Shown here one piece after another: positions 8,507 to 16,761 of a stretch of 64,000 nucleotides of DNA (its first letter is position 1; the number at the start of each line of letters is the position of its first letter). The notes beneath the pieces were generated by a model, which did no database searches, was not told where the DNA came from, and saw only the letters and a list, made by a program, of their open reading frames with translations. A program made the position numbers and the translations under genes. The stretch is taken from positions 186,001 to 250,000 of IMG/VR virus record IMGVR_UViG_3300020195_000009; one strand, written 5' to 3'.

Positions 8507-8980
8507 ATGACCAAGACCTGCATCGGGTGCCGGACAGCAAAGGCGCTGGACGACTTCCACCAGAACTCTGCGAAATCAGACGGACGTAGGGACATCTGCA
8601 AGGCATGCGCAAAGTTGTACCACCGCGAGCACTACCTCAAGAACAGGAGCACCTACATCACGAAGAACTCCGAGAGACGAATACGCTGGAAGCTGGAACT
8701 CCGGAGCCGGGTGGCTGCTTTAAAGGACGTACCGTGTGCGGACTGCGGGAACCGTTTTCCAACATGCGTGATGGACTTCGACCATCTCGATGCCGACGAG
8801 AAGATCGATAGCCTTGCCCGCATGCAGGGTAACGGCCTACCTTGGCGAACCGTTATCGCTGAAATTCAAAAGTGTGAGGTGGTTTGCGCAAACTGTCACC
8901 GCCTCCGAACGTGGCGGCGATGGCAGACAGTTGGAGCGGGTGGGGAGAATCGAACTCCCATTACTAGCTTGGAAGGCTAG
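8507..8980 (+). CDS. HNH homing-type endonuclease
   Basis: CxxC...CKAC zinc finger; PCADCG, MDFDH, KCEVVCANCHRLRT. Confidence 0.9.
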   Translation: MTKTCIGCRTAKALDDFHQNSAKSDGRRDICKACAKLYHREHYLKNRSTYITKNSERRIRWKLELRSRVAALKDVPCADCGNRFPTCVMDFDHLDADEKIDSLARMQGNGLPWRTVIAEIQKCEVVCANCHRLRTWRRWQTVGAGGENRTPITSLEG

Positions 8981-9005
8981 AGCCCTGCCTTTAGACGACA
9001 CCCGC
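8932..9005 (-). tRNA. tRNA-Gly(UCC)
   Basis: ctagc-ct-TCC-aa-gctag, CCA. Confidence 0.93.
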
Positions 9006-9103
9006 AAGTGCTGGTACGGGCACGGCTCCAGCAGCCGGTTGACTTCTCGACACCCGCTGTGAGTCAACAGACCTTCTGTGGACTCACGAAGTCACGTTCG
9101 CAG

Positions 9104-9171
9104 AGCCGCCTACGAGAGTCGAACTCGTCCACTCCGAGTACAAAACGGAGGCGCCCCCAGGGCAAAGCGGC
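9104..9171 (-). tRNA. tRNA-Thr(UGU), short D arm
   Basis: tccgt-tt-TGT-ac-tcgga; acceptor gccgctt/aggcggc. Confidence 0.75.
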
Positions 9172-9176
9172 CAGAA

Positions 9177-9425
9177 TCACTTACCGACGTTGGTGAACAA
9201 GTCCCCGTAGGCCGGGTCACGAACAAGACCGTACGGCGTCTTCTCGTTCCCACATTCACACGGAGGAGCCTGGAGTCCTCGAAGCTGCCCTTGGGCGAAG
9301 GGGATCGAGGTCGTCAGAATCCGGCCACACTCGAAGCAGGGGTGGCTGAAAGCCTCGACACCGTAACGGGCGGACCACGCTTCGGCGGTCACTCCGTAAA
9401 TAAGGAACCGGACCTTATCGTTCAC
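9177..9425 (-). CDS. small zinc-finger protein
   Basis: CFECG ... CECG. Confidence 0.7.
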   Translation of the reverse strand: MNDKVRFLIYGVTAEAWSARYGVEAFSHPCFECGRILTTSIPFAQGQLRGLQAPPCECGNEKTPYGLVRDPAYGDLFTNVGK

Positions 9426-9429
9426 GGAC

Positions 9430-9765
9430 CTACTTGGCGTCTTTCCAGTCCGTCAGCTCTTTCTTGAGCTTCTCGGCGTGGGCATCGTCTTCCTTCTTGC
9501 CCTTCTCTTCTTTGCGCTCAGCTTTGCCCTTGTCGGACTTCTGCTGACCCTTCTGGATGTCCTGAGTGGGCTTCAGTTCCTTCTTGATCCGCTCCATGTC
9601 CTCGTCGACTTCAACGACCTTGTGCTTGGATTTGTCGGCACCTGGGTGCTTCGACAGGTAATCCTTGAGGGCCTTGTCGTTGGGGAAGTTCTTGGCGAAC
9701 TTCACGTGAGCCACCACGTTGCGGACGAGGACGGCGTTCTGGAAGTCTCGGAGCGGGTGACCCAT
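9430..9765 (-). CDS. charged hypothetical protein
   Basis: 111-aa ORF with N-terminal VRNVVAHVKFA motif. Confidence 0.75.
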   Translation of the reverse strand: MGHPLRDFQNAVLVRNVVAHVKFAKNFPNDKALKDYLSKHPGADKSKHKVVEVDEDMERIKKELKPTQDIQKGQQKSDKGKAERKEEKGKKEDDAHAEKLKKELTDWKDAK

Positions 9766-9788
9766 ACCCCCACGGGGTTACAAGAGCT

Positions 9789-10082
9789 TCACCGATTGTG
9801 GTTCTTCATGTCCTCGATGCTGTAAAAGCCCTGGGACCAAAGACCACCTTGGATGAACCCGAACCAGCGCATCGCCTTCTCACGGTCACCTCGGTCATCC
9901 TGATCCCCTGCAAGCCTCCCGAGGATGTTCCGGGTCTCCCCGACCATCCACAGCAGGTGGTCCCGTTGTCTCTTGCCCGCGGGGTGGATGGCGTTCAAGT
10001 CGGCACGGACCGGCTCCGCCTCTTCCCCCTTGAGGGCCTTCTCGTAGATATTGAGCGCGTCACGTACCTGCTGAGGCGTCAT
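9789..10082 (-). CDS. hypothetical phage protein
   Basis: HLLWM...EKAMRWFGFIQG; ATG 8 nt after GGTGTA. Confidence 0.8.
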   Translation of the reverse strand: MTPQQVRDALNIYEKALKGEEAEPVRADLNAIHPAGKRQRDHLLWMVGETRNILGRLAGDQDDRGDREKAMRWFGFIQGGLWSQGFYSIEDMKNHNR

Positions 10083-10102
10083 GTCCCTCGTACACCGTTC
10101 GT

Positions 10103-10174
10103 TGGTGGAGCTGTCGGGAGTCGAACCCGCGAAGTTTGCTTGCAAAGCAAACCAGTGACCCGTCACACAACCCC
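10103..10174 (-). tRNA. tRNA-Ala(UGC)
   Basis: tttgc-tt-TGC-aa-gcaaa, G3:U70, CCA. Confidence 0.88.
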
Positions 10175-10178
10175 GTAG

Positions 10179-10251
10179 TGGAACCGAGGAGACTCGAACT
10201 CCCCGCCTCTCCGATGCGAACGGAGCGCTCTCCCAGATGAGCTACGGTCCC
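10179..10251 (-). tRNA. tRNA-Ala(CGC)
   Basis: ctccg-tt-CGC-at-cggag. Confidence 0.93.
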
Positions 10252-10258
10252 GAAATTA

Positions 10259-10321
10259 GGTCAACAAGTTGATGCCGAAGTCGTTTCATTTTCGAGATGT
10301 AGACCTCGACGGCATTTGACC
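10259..10321 (-). ncRNA. Y-RNA-like module #2 (minimal)
   Basis: GGUCAAAUG-CCGUCGAGGUC-UACA...GACUUCGGC...CUUGUUGACC. Confidence 0.65.
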
Positions 10322-10323
10322 AG

Positions 10324-10394
10324 TGGAGTCGAGGGGAATCGAACCCCTATTCTGAGACTGCCAGCCTCATGTCCTCCCGTTGGACGACGACCCC
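10324..10394 (-). tRNA. tRNA-Ala(GGC)
   Basis: tgagg-ct-GGC-ag-tctca. Confidence 0.92.
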
Positions 10395-10449
10395 AAAAAA
10401 CTCCGGCGTGTTCTGTTGAAGACCCCGGAGGGGTTAGACGATACAAGAG

Positions 10450-11022
10450 TTACGTTATGGCACCGGGTGAAGGAATCGAACCCTCATGGCGGGGATCAAA
10501 ACCCCGTGTCTTGCCGTTAGACGAACCCGGCTTGTTGTCTTTTTGACGCCAGCCTCGACTGCGGCCGGCAAAAGTTGGAGTTTGAGAGTGACAGTTAGGG
10601 CATAACCACCGGAGGTTTTCTGGGCGGTTATCATTACCTACCCCACTCCGATGATCCAACTGAAGTACAAGGGGAGACCCGTGGTGTACTCCAGTATTAC
10701 CACAGATTTCACATTCGTAAGCTCCCAACAGGTTGGACTTCCGAACAAGTGCTGCCACCTTGGCGCTCTTGACGTGGCTTCCTTTGCAGAAGATTTGGGC
10801 GTCGGTAAGGCGTCGGTCGTCAACACTCTTTCCAAGAGCTTCAATTCTACGCCGCCTTCCAAAGTGCAAGGTACTCAGTCCCAGACGAAGCACATGCTTT
10901 TGGATTGACTTGAAGTTACCTCCCGCGGCAACTAGACCTAACGAGCGGAGAACATCCATCCAAGAATCTCCTTGCGTCACAGCTCGTACGAGGTCGGTAT
11001 CTTCCCATGATCGTAGTCCCAT
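10450..11022 (-). CDS. HNH homing-type endonuclease
   Basis: YECEICG, LQLDH, DNRPENLRWLCPNCHSQT; C-terminus reads through tRNA-Gln. Confidence 0.9.
   Translation of the reverse strand: MGLRSWEDTDLVRAVTQGDSWMDVLRSLGLVAAGGNFKSIQKHVLRLGLSTLHFGRRRRIEALGKSVDDRRLTDAQIFCKGSHVKSAKVAALVRKSNLLGAYECEICGNTGVHHGSPLVLQLDHRSGVGNDNRPENLRWLCPNCHSQTPTFAGRSRGWRQKDNKPGSSNGKTRGFDPRHEGSIPSPGAIT
10458..10531 (-). tRNA. tRNA-Gln(UUG)
   Basis: cgggg-tt-TTG-at-ccccg, CCA. Confidence 0.92.
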
Positions 11023-11050
11023 GCAAAACGGTAACACGAAGGGTTGCAAG

Positions 11051-11082
11051 AAGCTACCGTCCTGCCATTAGACGACACCCCA
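11051..11082 (-). pseudogene. 5' half of a tRNA-Gln truncated at the anticodon loop
   Basis: tggggtgtcgtctaatggcaggacggtagctt, closely resembling the 5' half of the adjacent tRNA-Gln(CUG). Confidence 0.75.
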
Positions 11083-11094
11083 ATGATTACTGAG

Positions 11095-11165
11095 CTGGAG
11101 AGTAGGGACTCGAACCCCAATAGATGGCTCCAGAGGCCATCGTCCTGCCATTAGACGACTCTCCA
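11095..11165 (-). tRNA. tRNA-Gln(CUG)
   Basis: atggc-ct-CTG-ga-gccat. Confidence 0.93.
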
Positions 11166-11170
11166 AAAAA

Positions 11171-11752
11171 CTACTCGGTCCCGGTCTTGTCCTCGGTCAC
11201 CAGAAGCACGGCCGCAACCTCAACCCTCTCTTCAGGGGCCGGGAGTCTAGCGAGGATCTCCCCCAGGATCTCCATGATTGCCGGAATCTTGGCCGTGTGC
11301 TCTTTGATGAAGTGTACGTCGACCTGTGTACCTTGGAGGGCTTTCTTCATCTCGCGGAAGTCTATTGCAAGATCCGCGACACCCTGGTCCACCTTATCGA
11401 TAGCTGTAGCGTTGGACTCCGTCTTGGCAACGATGACCCCAATTCGATCGAAGGCGACTTGAAAAGGTCCAACGACCTTCTTCAAATCGGAGGCCATCTT
11501 GATGCCCCCCTCGATTGCTGCTTCGGAAATCTTGGAGACTGAGATCAATCCCTTGCGAAGTCCTTCGAGCGTCGGAGTTTCCTCCGTCTTCCACCCGTGG
11601 ACCTGGTCTTCCAAAGACTCCGGGGTTGGGTCGGTAGGTTCATGAGACTCTTCCTCAGCGACCAACGAGAGCCTTTCAGCAACCTCTTCCAAAGCCGACG
11701 AATCCCTTTGGGGGCGGTCACTGCCGTTTTTGTGGTCGCCGTTGGTTGTCAT
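11171..11752 (-). CDS. coiled-coil hypothetical protein
   Basis: 193-aa ORF filling the inter-tRNA gap. Confidence 0.75.
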   Translation of the reverse strand: MTTNGDHKNGSDRPQRDSSALEEVAERLSLVAEEESHEPTDPTPESLEDQVHGWKTEETPTLEGLRKGLISVSKISEAAIEGGIKMASDLKKVVGPFQVAFDRIGVIVAKTESNATAIDKVDQGVADLAIDFREMKKALQGTQVDVHFIKEHTAKIPAIMEILGEILARLPAPEERVEVAAVLLVTEDKTGTE

Positions 11753-11788
11753 CTTCTTCTTGGTTGAGCGTACAAGAAGAAGACTAAG

Positions 11789-11861
11789 CGCCCTCGAAGG
11801 GGATCGAACCCTCCTCGGCTGGTCGACAACCAGCTCGCCTCAACCAGATGCGTACGAGGGC
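11789..11861 (-). tRNA. tRNA-Asp(GUC)
   Basis: gctgg-tt-GTC-ga-ccagc. Confidence 0.88.
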
Positions 11862-12368
11862 TTAGTAATCGTAATACGTGCGGTCTCTCGGGGGTTCCAT
11901 CTTGTAACTCTTGAGCCACTCGCGGTTCTGCTCCGAGTGTGTGAACGGGGAGAACATCTCCCAGGCGTCATCTCTGCCACACCCAGGATGCTTCTTGGGT
12001 CTCTTCTCCCCATCCCCAACGGCCCGCTCAAGACGAGTAGGCGGTGGAAGATGGTCTTCCGTGATGGCGATCAACTTGGAGGGTCCGGTCCCAGGGTAGG
12101 GCTCATGCTCGTAGACGTGCATCCCATACCCACCAAACATGTTTGAGCTAAACATCGAGGTCAGAAGCTTGTGCTCTCTCACGAGGTCGAGGATGCGATC
12201 CAGCTCCTCTTGGGTGAGCAGCTCTTTAGGGGGCTTTGGCTCCGGGGTCTTCCGTGACTCAGGGAAGAAATGATCCCGTACCTTCTCACCCTTGGTTCTG
12301 CGGTCGGGCTCAGGCCATAGGTCGAGATGAAGCGTCTTTAGCCACGCTCTATCTTCGTCTTGTAGCAT
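11862..12368 (-). CDS. hypothetical protein
   Basis: ATG 9 nt after GGTGTA. Confidence 0.75.
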   Translation of the reverse strand: MLQDEDRAWLKTLHLDLWPEPDRRTKGEKVRDHFFPESRKTPEPKPPKELLTQEELDRILDLVREHKLLTSMFSSNMFGGYGMHVYEHEPYPGTGPSKLIAITEDHLPPPTRLERAVGDGEKRPKKHPGCGRDDAWEMFSPFTHSEQNREWLKSYKMEPPRDRTYYDY

Positions 12369-12377
12369 GGTGTGTAC

Positions 12378-12390
12378 TACACCTGGTGTA
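12378..12390. promoter_or_regulatory. back-to-back GGTGTA promoter-like motifs (TACACC-T-GGTGTA)
   Basis: Palindrome between two divergent genes, 9 and 12 nt from each ATG. Confidence 0.65.
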
Positions 12391-12402
12391 CCAGAGACCG
12401 CG

Positions 12403-12771
12403 ATGCAAGCTCTCCTCCCTGTCCTTCAAGACCCACCCGTAAAGCGGGGGGATTGCCTTGCTGGCGGCTCCAACACCCAAAGGCCGTGCCCTTGGGTCTC
12501 CTGCAAGTACCACCTAGCGGTGGAGATCGGCGTAGAGGAAGAGACTGAGAGTTGCACCCTCGACATCGCCGAACGGGGCGGCCTCACGCTGGAGGAGGTT
12601 GGGGACATCATGGGCTTGACCCGTGAGCGCATCCGCCAGATCGAACAGAGAGCCGAGTGGAAGCTCCTCCGGTTGGCAAAGCTTAGACCGGATCTCTTTG
12701 ACGGAACGGACATCGATCCACGAGAAGTGAAGCGTCGTCTGTTCCGAGGTCTTCGCGACTATCAACCTTAG
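12403..12771 (+). CDS. sigma-70 region-4 type HTH protein with Cys/His cluster
   Basis: [12 protein letters not shown]...SCTLD...[22 protein letters not shown]. Confidence 0.88.
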   Translation: MQALLPVLQDPPVKRGDCLAGGSNTQRPCPWVSCKYHLAVEIGVEEETESCTLDIAERGGLTLEEVGDIMGLTRERIRQIEQRAEWKLLRLAKLRPDLFDGTDIDPREVKRRLFRGLRDYQP

Positions 12772-12844
12772 TATCCCCGGCAGGAATCGGACCTGCGACA
12801 TTCGCTTTAGGAAAACGACGTTCTATCCACTGAACTACGGGGAC
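12772..12844 (-). tRNA. tRNA-Arg(CCU)
   Basis: tcgtt-tt-CCT-aa-agcga. Confidence 0.9.
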
Positions 12845-12849
12845 AAGTG

Positions 12850-12983
12850 GCGGCAACAAGTGGTCGTAGGGACATTGGGACTAGGGCTCTGCCGACTGAG
12901 CTACCGCCAGGTCTTGCGACCCAACGGGCGGGGCTCGAACCCGCGACCACCAGTTTGATTGTAGTCTCTACTATATTTGCCGC
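12850..12983 (-). ncRNA. Y-RNA-like module #3 (YrlA-like permuted tRNA domain)
   Basis: GCGGCAAAU...GAGACUACA, T arm gcggg-UUCGAGC-cccgc, closed acceptor with GCAA loop, D arm UAGCUCAGUCGGCAGAGC, ...CUUGUUGCCGC. Confidence 0.8.
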
Positions 12984-12987
12984 TTAG

Positions 12988-13061
12988 GGTGACGTACGGG
13001 GATCGAACCCGCCTGAGATTGTTCCACAAACAACCGCCATCACCAGATGGCTAACATCACC
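12988..13061 (-). tRNA. tRNA-His(GUG)
   Basis: gttgt-tt-GTG-ga-acaat, G-1:C73. Confidence 0.9.
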
Positions 13062-13087
13062 ATGAATGAAGCCTCCTTGAGAGGCGG

Positions 13088-13171
13088 CGGAAAGAACTGG
13101 AGTCGAACCAGATGCCTTGCGGCACAATCCGTTTAGCAAACGGTTGAGCGACCACTCACTCTTTACTTTCC
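13088..13171 (-). tRNA. tRNA-Ser(GCU)
   Basis: accgt-tt-GCT-aa-acgga, long variable arm. Confidence 0.88.
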
Positions 13172-13240
13172 TTGGTTTTCAGACCTGAAACTATCACCCA
13201 ACTTGTTCATAGCCGCATCGGTACAACTATAGCCGAACAG

Positions 13241-13325
13241 CGGAGAACGAGGTACTCGAAACCCACACCCTTTCGGGTGCCATTTGCTTTCCAAGCAACG
13301 CTCGCCCCCGGCGAGTTCATTCTCC
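13241..13325 (-). tRNA. tRNA-Ser(GGA)
   Basis: gttgc-tt-GGA-aa-gcaaa, long variable arm. Confidence 0.88.
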
Positions 13326-13330
13326 AACAG

Positions 13331-13415
13331 CGGAAAGAGGTAGAGTCGAACTACTGCGCCTTGCGACGCCTCCGGTTTTCGAGGCCGGTGTCCCACCACT
13401 GAGACTTCACTTTCC
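13331..13415 (-). tRNA. tRNA-Ser(CGA)
   Basis: ccggc-ct-CGA-aa-accgg, long variable arm. Confidence 0.9.
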
Positions 13416-13481
13416 AAGAACTAGCAGATGGGGGGCTTTCCATTACCCACGGCCCGAATTGAACGGGCTCCCCCACCCTCG

Positions 13482-13553
13482 TCGGGGTGACAGGACTCGA
13501 ACCTGCGAAAACTTGGACCCAAACCAAGCGCCCTACCACTAGGCGACACCCCG
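13482..13553 (-). tRNA. tRNA-Pro(UGG)
   Basis: cttgg-tt-TGG-gt-ccaag. Confidence 0.93.
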
Positions 13554-13558
13554 AAATT

Positions 13559-13714
13559 CGTCGTGACAAGTAGTGCGAAGACGGACAGCCTTTCGGCCCC
13601 GGTGCGTATACTCTTCCGCCACTCAGCCATATCAGTAGGCTGAGGAGGGGCGTTACTCCCCCATGTCCTTACGGACGCCGGTTTTCAATGTAGTCCTCAC
13701 GGTCATTCACGACG
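13559..13714 (-). ncRNA. Y-RNA-like module #4 (permuted class-II tRNA-Ser(UGA)-like cargo)
   Basis: CGUCGUGAAUG-ACCGUGAGGACUACA-U-UGA-AA-ACCGG, variable arm, T-like arm, cucagcc-loop-ggcugag, D arm, accgg, ...CUUGUCACGACG. Confidence 0.75.
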
Positions 13715-13715
13715 G

Positions 13716-13800
13716 TGCTCAGAGGGGGAATCGAACCCCCACACCTTTTACGGCGTCGGATCCTGAATCCGATGCGTCTGCCTAGTTCCGCCACCTGAGC
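13716..13800 (-). tRNA. tRNA-Leu(CAG)
   Basis: tcgga-tt-CAG-ga-tccga. Confidence 0.93.
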
Positions 13801-13805
13801 AAGAA

Positions 13806-13908
13806 GAGACGACAAGTGGCCGCGAAGACGTTTTTGCCACCAGACCTTGCGGTCCAGCTCGGGGTCCGAGCCCCAGGCTACCTTGTAGTCCTCACATTCA
13901 TTCGTCTC
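13806..13908 (-). ncRNA. Y-RNA-like module #5
   Basis: GAGACGAAUG-AAUGUGAGGACUACA...CGUCUUCGC...CUUGUCGUCUC with two internal hairpins. Confidence 0.72.
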
Positions 13909-13910
13909 AG

Positions 13911-13993
13911 TGCGATCGGAAGGACTCGAACCTTCAAACCTTTTCAGGCATCAGCACCTCAAGCTGACGTGTTTGCCTTTTCACCACGATCGC
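13911..13993 (-). tRNA. tRNA-Leu(GAG)
   Basis: tcagc-tt-GAG-gt-gctga. Confidence 0.92.
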
Positions 13994-14020
13994 ATGCGTT
14001 CCCAAACGTACTACTGTCAA

Positions 14021-14097
14021 TGGTCGGAGTGAGAGGATTTGAACCTCCAGCCTTTCCGTCCCGAACGGAACGCTCTACCAGGTTGAGCCACACTCCG
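14021..14097 (-). tRNA. tRNA-Pro(CGG)
   Basis: ttccg-tt-CGG-ga-cggaa, CCA. Confidence 0.95.
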
Positions 14098-14116
14098 ATG
14101 TTTCAAAATTCAACAA

Positions 14117-14293
14117 GATCGACAAGGAAACGAGAGTCAAGGGCACCAGCCCATGATACCATCGAAGCCGATGGTGCCCGTGACATCCGTTGTCCCAAAC
14201 CCTCTCGTTTGAAAGGGCTTGGTGACGGCGACGGGGAATCGAACCCCGCGACCTCCTCGTTATGAGCGATGTAGTCCTCACGGTCATTCGTCG
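14117..14293 (-). ncRNA. Y-RNA-like module #6 (cargo: tRNA-Met-like 3' half)
   Basis: CGACGAAUG-ACCGUGAGGACUACA-ucg-CUCAUAA-cga, T arm cgggg-UUCGAUU-ccccg, ...ucacca, ...CUUGUCGA. Confidence 0.65.
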
Positions 14294-14369
14294 TGGTGGG
14301 TCCCCTCGGGATCGAACCGAGTTGTCTGGCTCTTCAGACCAGCGCATTGACCACAATTGCTTGAGACCC
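14294..14369 (-). tRNA. tRNA-Phe(GAA)
   Basis: ctggt-ct-GAA-ga-gccag, CCA. Confidence 0.9.
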
Positions 14370-14384
14370 AGTTGAAAATGTTAG

Positions 14385-14453
14385 CAGGCCGGGAGGGAAT
14401 CGAACCCGTCTTTTGGAGATTTGGAGGCTCCATCGCGTCCTACGCTCCGACCT
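14385..14453 (-). tRNA. tRNA-Trp(CCA), short D arm
   Basis: ggagc-ct-CCA-aa-tctcc. Confidence 0.8.
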
Positions 14454-14721
14454 ATAATTCGTTTTTGAAACCTCTCAATTAAGATGTCCGCAGTAGCCGC
14501 TCTTCAATGCAAAGTCTGCGGTTGGTGGTGGTTTTTTCATGACAACCACCCTAACTCACCGTTCACTTGTAAATGCTGCCTTGAGGGTCGGTCGTTGTGG
14601 GACGACGTTATCGAATGCCCACCTTCGAGCATCCGCCTCAAGACAACCAAGTAATTGGAGCGGACTCCGGCTGTCGGCGGTACCTGGACCGACGGGCTAT
14701 CAACCCTGCCTTCATCCGCAG

Positions 14722-14793
14722 CGGGATCGAGGGGAATCGAACCCCCCTCGTCGGCGTGACAAGCCGATCGCCTCACCAGATGCGTACGACCCC
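14722..14793 (-). tRNA. tRNA-Asp(GUC)
   Basis: tcggc-tt-GTC-ac-gccga. Confidence 0.9.
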
Positions 14794-14797
14794 ATTT

Positions 14798-14944
14798 GAC
14801 ACCGACAAGAAAATGCTGAGACGTTTTCAGCACGGAGATGGTTCCGCCTTTGGAGGACGGCCACAACCGTAGCCCCCCAGGAAGCTCGGAACGAGGGCTC
14901 CGGGATTCATGGCGGGGGTTGTAGTCCCGACGACATTCGGTGTC
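14798..14944 (-). ncRNA. Y-RNA-like module #7 (contains a Trp-like anticodon hairpin)
   Basis: GACACCGAAUG-UCGUCGGGACUACA...ccguc-CUCCAAA-ggcgg...CGUCUC...CUUGUCGGUGUC. Confidence 0.72.
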
Positions 14945-15022
14945 CGCGTCCGGGAAAACCTCTTGGTGATCGATCGCCAGGGCTCCAATGACCCGAGGAC
15001 CCGCCAAGACCCGAACCGCTAG

Positions 15023-15095
<73 letters not shown>

Positions 15096-15099
15096 ATGA

Positions 15100-15252
15100 T
15101 GCGACGACAAGGTGACGGAGGAGACGGCCAGCATAGGAGCCCTTCTAAGTGCCGGTCTTGAAGGCTTGCGTCTTCAAGGCGGGATCTGCCCCCGCAAAGC
15201 TCCGGGCCTGGCTTGCCCTTGGTCGATGTAGTCCCTTCCTTCATTCGTCGCA
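15100..15252 (-). ncRNA. Y-RNA-like module #8 (degenerate permuted tRNA cargo)
   Basis: UGCGACGAAUG-AAGGAAGGGACUACA...gcggg-GGCAGAU-cccgc, cuugaag/cuucaag...CGUCUC...CUUGUCGUCGCA. Confidence 0.72.
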
Positions 15253-15253
15253 G

Positions 15254-15318
15254 TGCTTGAGGTTGGAATCGAACCAACTACGCACGGTGCTTCAAACCGT
15301 CGCTCTAGCTACTCAAGC
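15254..15318 (-). tRNA. tRNA-Phe(GAA) with D-loop deletion
   Basis: acggt-tt-GAA-gc-accgt; D region reduced to tagctagagc. Confidence 0.7.
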
Positions 15319-15461
15319 ATGGTGGGTCGTGTTCGCCTCTTGGTGCGTCGGCTTACCGATCGTCCAAGAGGCTCGGGCCTTCCCTTTGCCCGATGCGAGA
15401 GCTACCCCGGCTGCGTTGCCTTTACCGCCCGCAACTTCCGGTTCTACTATTCGCGAGTTTG

Positions 15462-15533
15462 TGACCCCAGCCGGATTTGAACCGAGCGTGAACCCCTTGA
15501 AAGGGGGCTATCCTGCCTTTAGATGATGGGGCC
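15462..15533 (-). tRNA. tRNA-Glu(UUC)
   Basis: gcccc-ct-TTC-aa-ggggt. Confidence 0.88.
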
Positions 15534-15795
15534 TAACATATAACCGACGAAAAATACGTCTTTGACTCGCATTCCCTCTGTTCTTGGACTTGTAAGTGGG
15601 GGTTTGAGCGTGACAATTAGGGCAAAGCAGACGTAAATTCTCACTAGTGTTGGAATCCGAATTTCCGTCTACATGGTCAAGCTCGATGGGGATTGGATGA
15701 TCACACCACATGGTTAATCCACACCCCTCGCAGGATCTCCCACGCTCACGAATCAGAATCCTCTTCCGTGTGGGATCGCTTTGAGCCAAGTCCAA
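15508..15795 (-). CDS. HNH endonuclease (N-terminal zinc finger apparently frameshifted upstream)
   Basis: CEGCG, IELDHVDGNS, ENLRLLCPNCHAQT; upstream frame reads RCEACG...FCSPC. Confidence 0.82.
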   Translation of the reverse strand: MDLAQSDPTRKRILIRERGRSCEGCGLTMWCDHPIPIELDHVDGNSDSNTSENLRLLCPNCHAQTPTYKSKNRGNASQRRIFRRLYVRPHHLKAG

Positions 15796-15892
15796 ACTCC
15801 ACCGCCTAGCCTCTCGGCACGGCGAACAAAACTTGAGCTTAGACCCTATTTTTTGGCCACACGCTTCACACCGACCACCAAGCCTCTCACGG

Positions 15893-15912
15893 TACCGTTA
15901 GGCGATGGGGCC
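15893..15912 (-). pseudogene. 5' fragment of a tRNA-Glu
   Basis: ggccccatcgcctaacggta resembles the 5' end of tRNA-Glu at 15533; directly upstream of the HNH gene. Confidence 0.55.
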
Positions 15913-15921
15913 GTTCCTTTG

Positions 15922-15993
15922 TGACCCTGGCGGGAGTTGAACCCAGCGTCCCCAGATTGAGAATCTGGTTGCCTACCGTTAGCAGACAGGGCC
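15922..15993 (-). tRNA. tRNA-Glu(CUC)
   Basis: ccaga-tt-CTC-aa-tctgg. Confidence 0.88.
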
Positions 15994-16000
15994 GTTGAAA

Positions 16001-16066
16001 TGGGTCAACAAGGGGACGGACGAGACGTCATGAAATGGTATGTAGTCCCGTCCAGCATTTGACCCA
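16001..16066 (-). ncRNA. Y-RNA-like module #9 (minimal)
   Basis: UGGGUCAAAUG-CUGGACGGGACUACA...CGUCUCGUCC...CUUGUUGACCCA. Confidence 0.7.
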
Positions 16067-16109
16067 AACTTACAGACGCACGAGAGCGTCCTGATCTGAC
16101 AGGACGCGG

Positions 16110-16183
<74 letters not shown>

Positions 16184-16186
16184 ACG

Positions 16187-16264
16187 TGGTTGCGGGAAGC
16201 CGTGTTGCACCGGCCATGGCGAGGGTTATGAGCCGTCGTCGGGACTATGTCTACCCTTCCCGCG
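16187..16264 (-). tRNA. tRNA-fMet-like (CAU), divergent
   Basis: C1:A72 mismatch, ct-CAT-aa loop, CCA; atypical T-loop tgcaaca. Confidence 0.72.
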
Positions 16265-16265
16265 G

Positions 16266-16337
16266 AGCGGATGACGGGAATCGAACCCGCCGAATCTAGC
16301 TTGGCAAGCTAGCTCTCCACCTTGGAGAATCATCCGC
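16266..16337 (-). tRNA. tRNA-Gly(GCC)
   Basis: ctagc-tt-GCC-aa-gctag. Confidence 0.88.
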
Positions 16338-16400
16338 ACTCCTACGCTGTTCTCAGCCGGACCTTCAAAGACGGCCGGAGAAAGAAGCAACGCAGAATAG

Positions 16401-16473
16401 AGCTGGTGGCGAGAGTCGAACTCGCTAGGTCCCGATTACGAAACGGGTACTCGTCCACACGAGAATCACCAGC
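16401..16473 (-). tRNA. tRNA-Thr(CGU)
   Basis: cccgt-tt-CGT-aa-tcggg. Confidence 0.85.
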
Positions 16474-16557
16474 AGATGCCAACTTTGCGTGAGTGGGTCA
16501 CTCTTGCGTGCCCTCTCACACGAAGTCTGTTGAAATCATTACGCTAATCGGAGCACG

Positions 16558-16761
16558 ATGCTTGCATACCTCTACCTCATGCAAGCCCTACAGACTGTCA
16601 TTCAGATCCTCTTCGTCACGGGAATCACGGGAGCCTTTTTCTACCGGCTGAAATACAAGATCCCGATGAGTCTCGAAGGAAAGACCTTCCTCGGTCTCAT
16701 CGCTGGAGGGGCCGCTGCCCACCTGGAACTTCAGGCGATGGGCTTGATTCAGTACTCTTGA
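16558..16761 (+). CDS. small membrane protein
   Basis: Two hydrophobic segments; SD GGAG. Confidence 0.65.
   Translation: MLAYLYLMQALQTVIQILFVTGITGAFFYRLKYKIPMSLEGKTFLGLIAGGAAAHLELQAMGLIQYS

Noticed and set aside
14660-14715. SRP (4.5S) RNA
   Set aside because: Only superficial similarity; the conserved CAGG...GGAA...AGCAG helix-8 motif is absent
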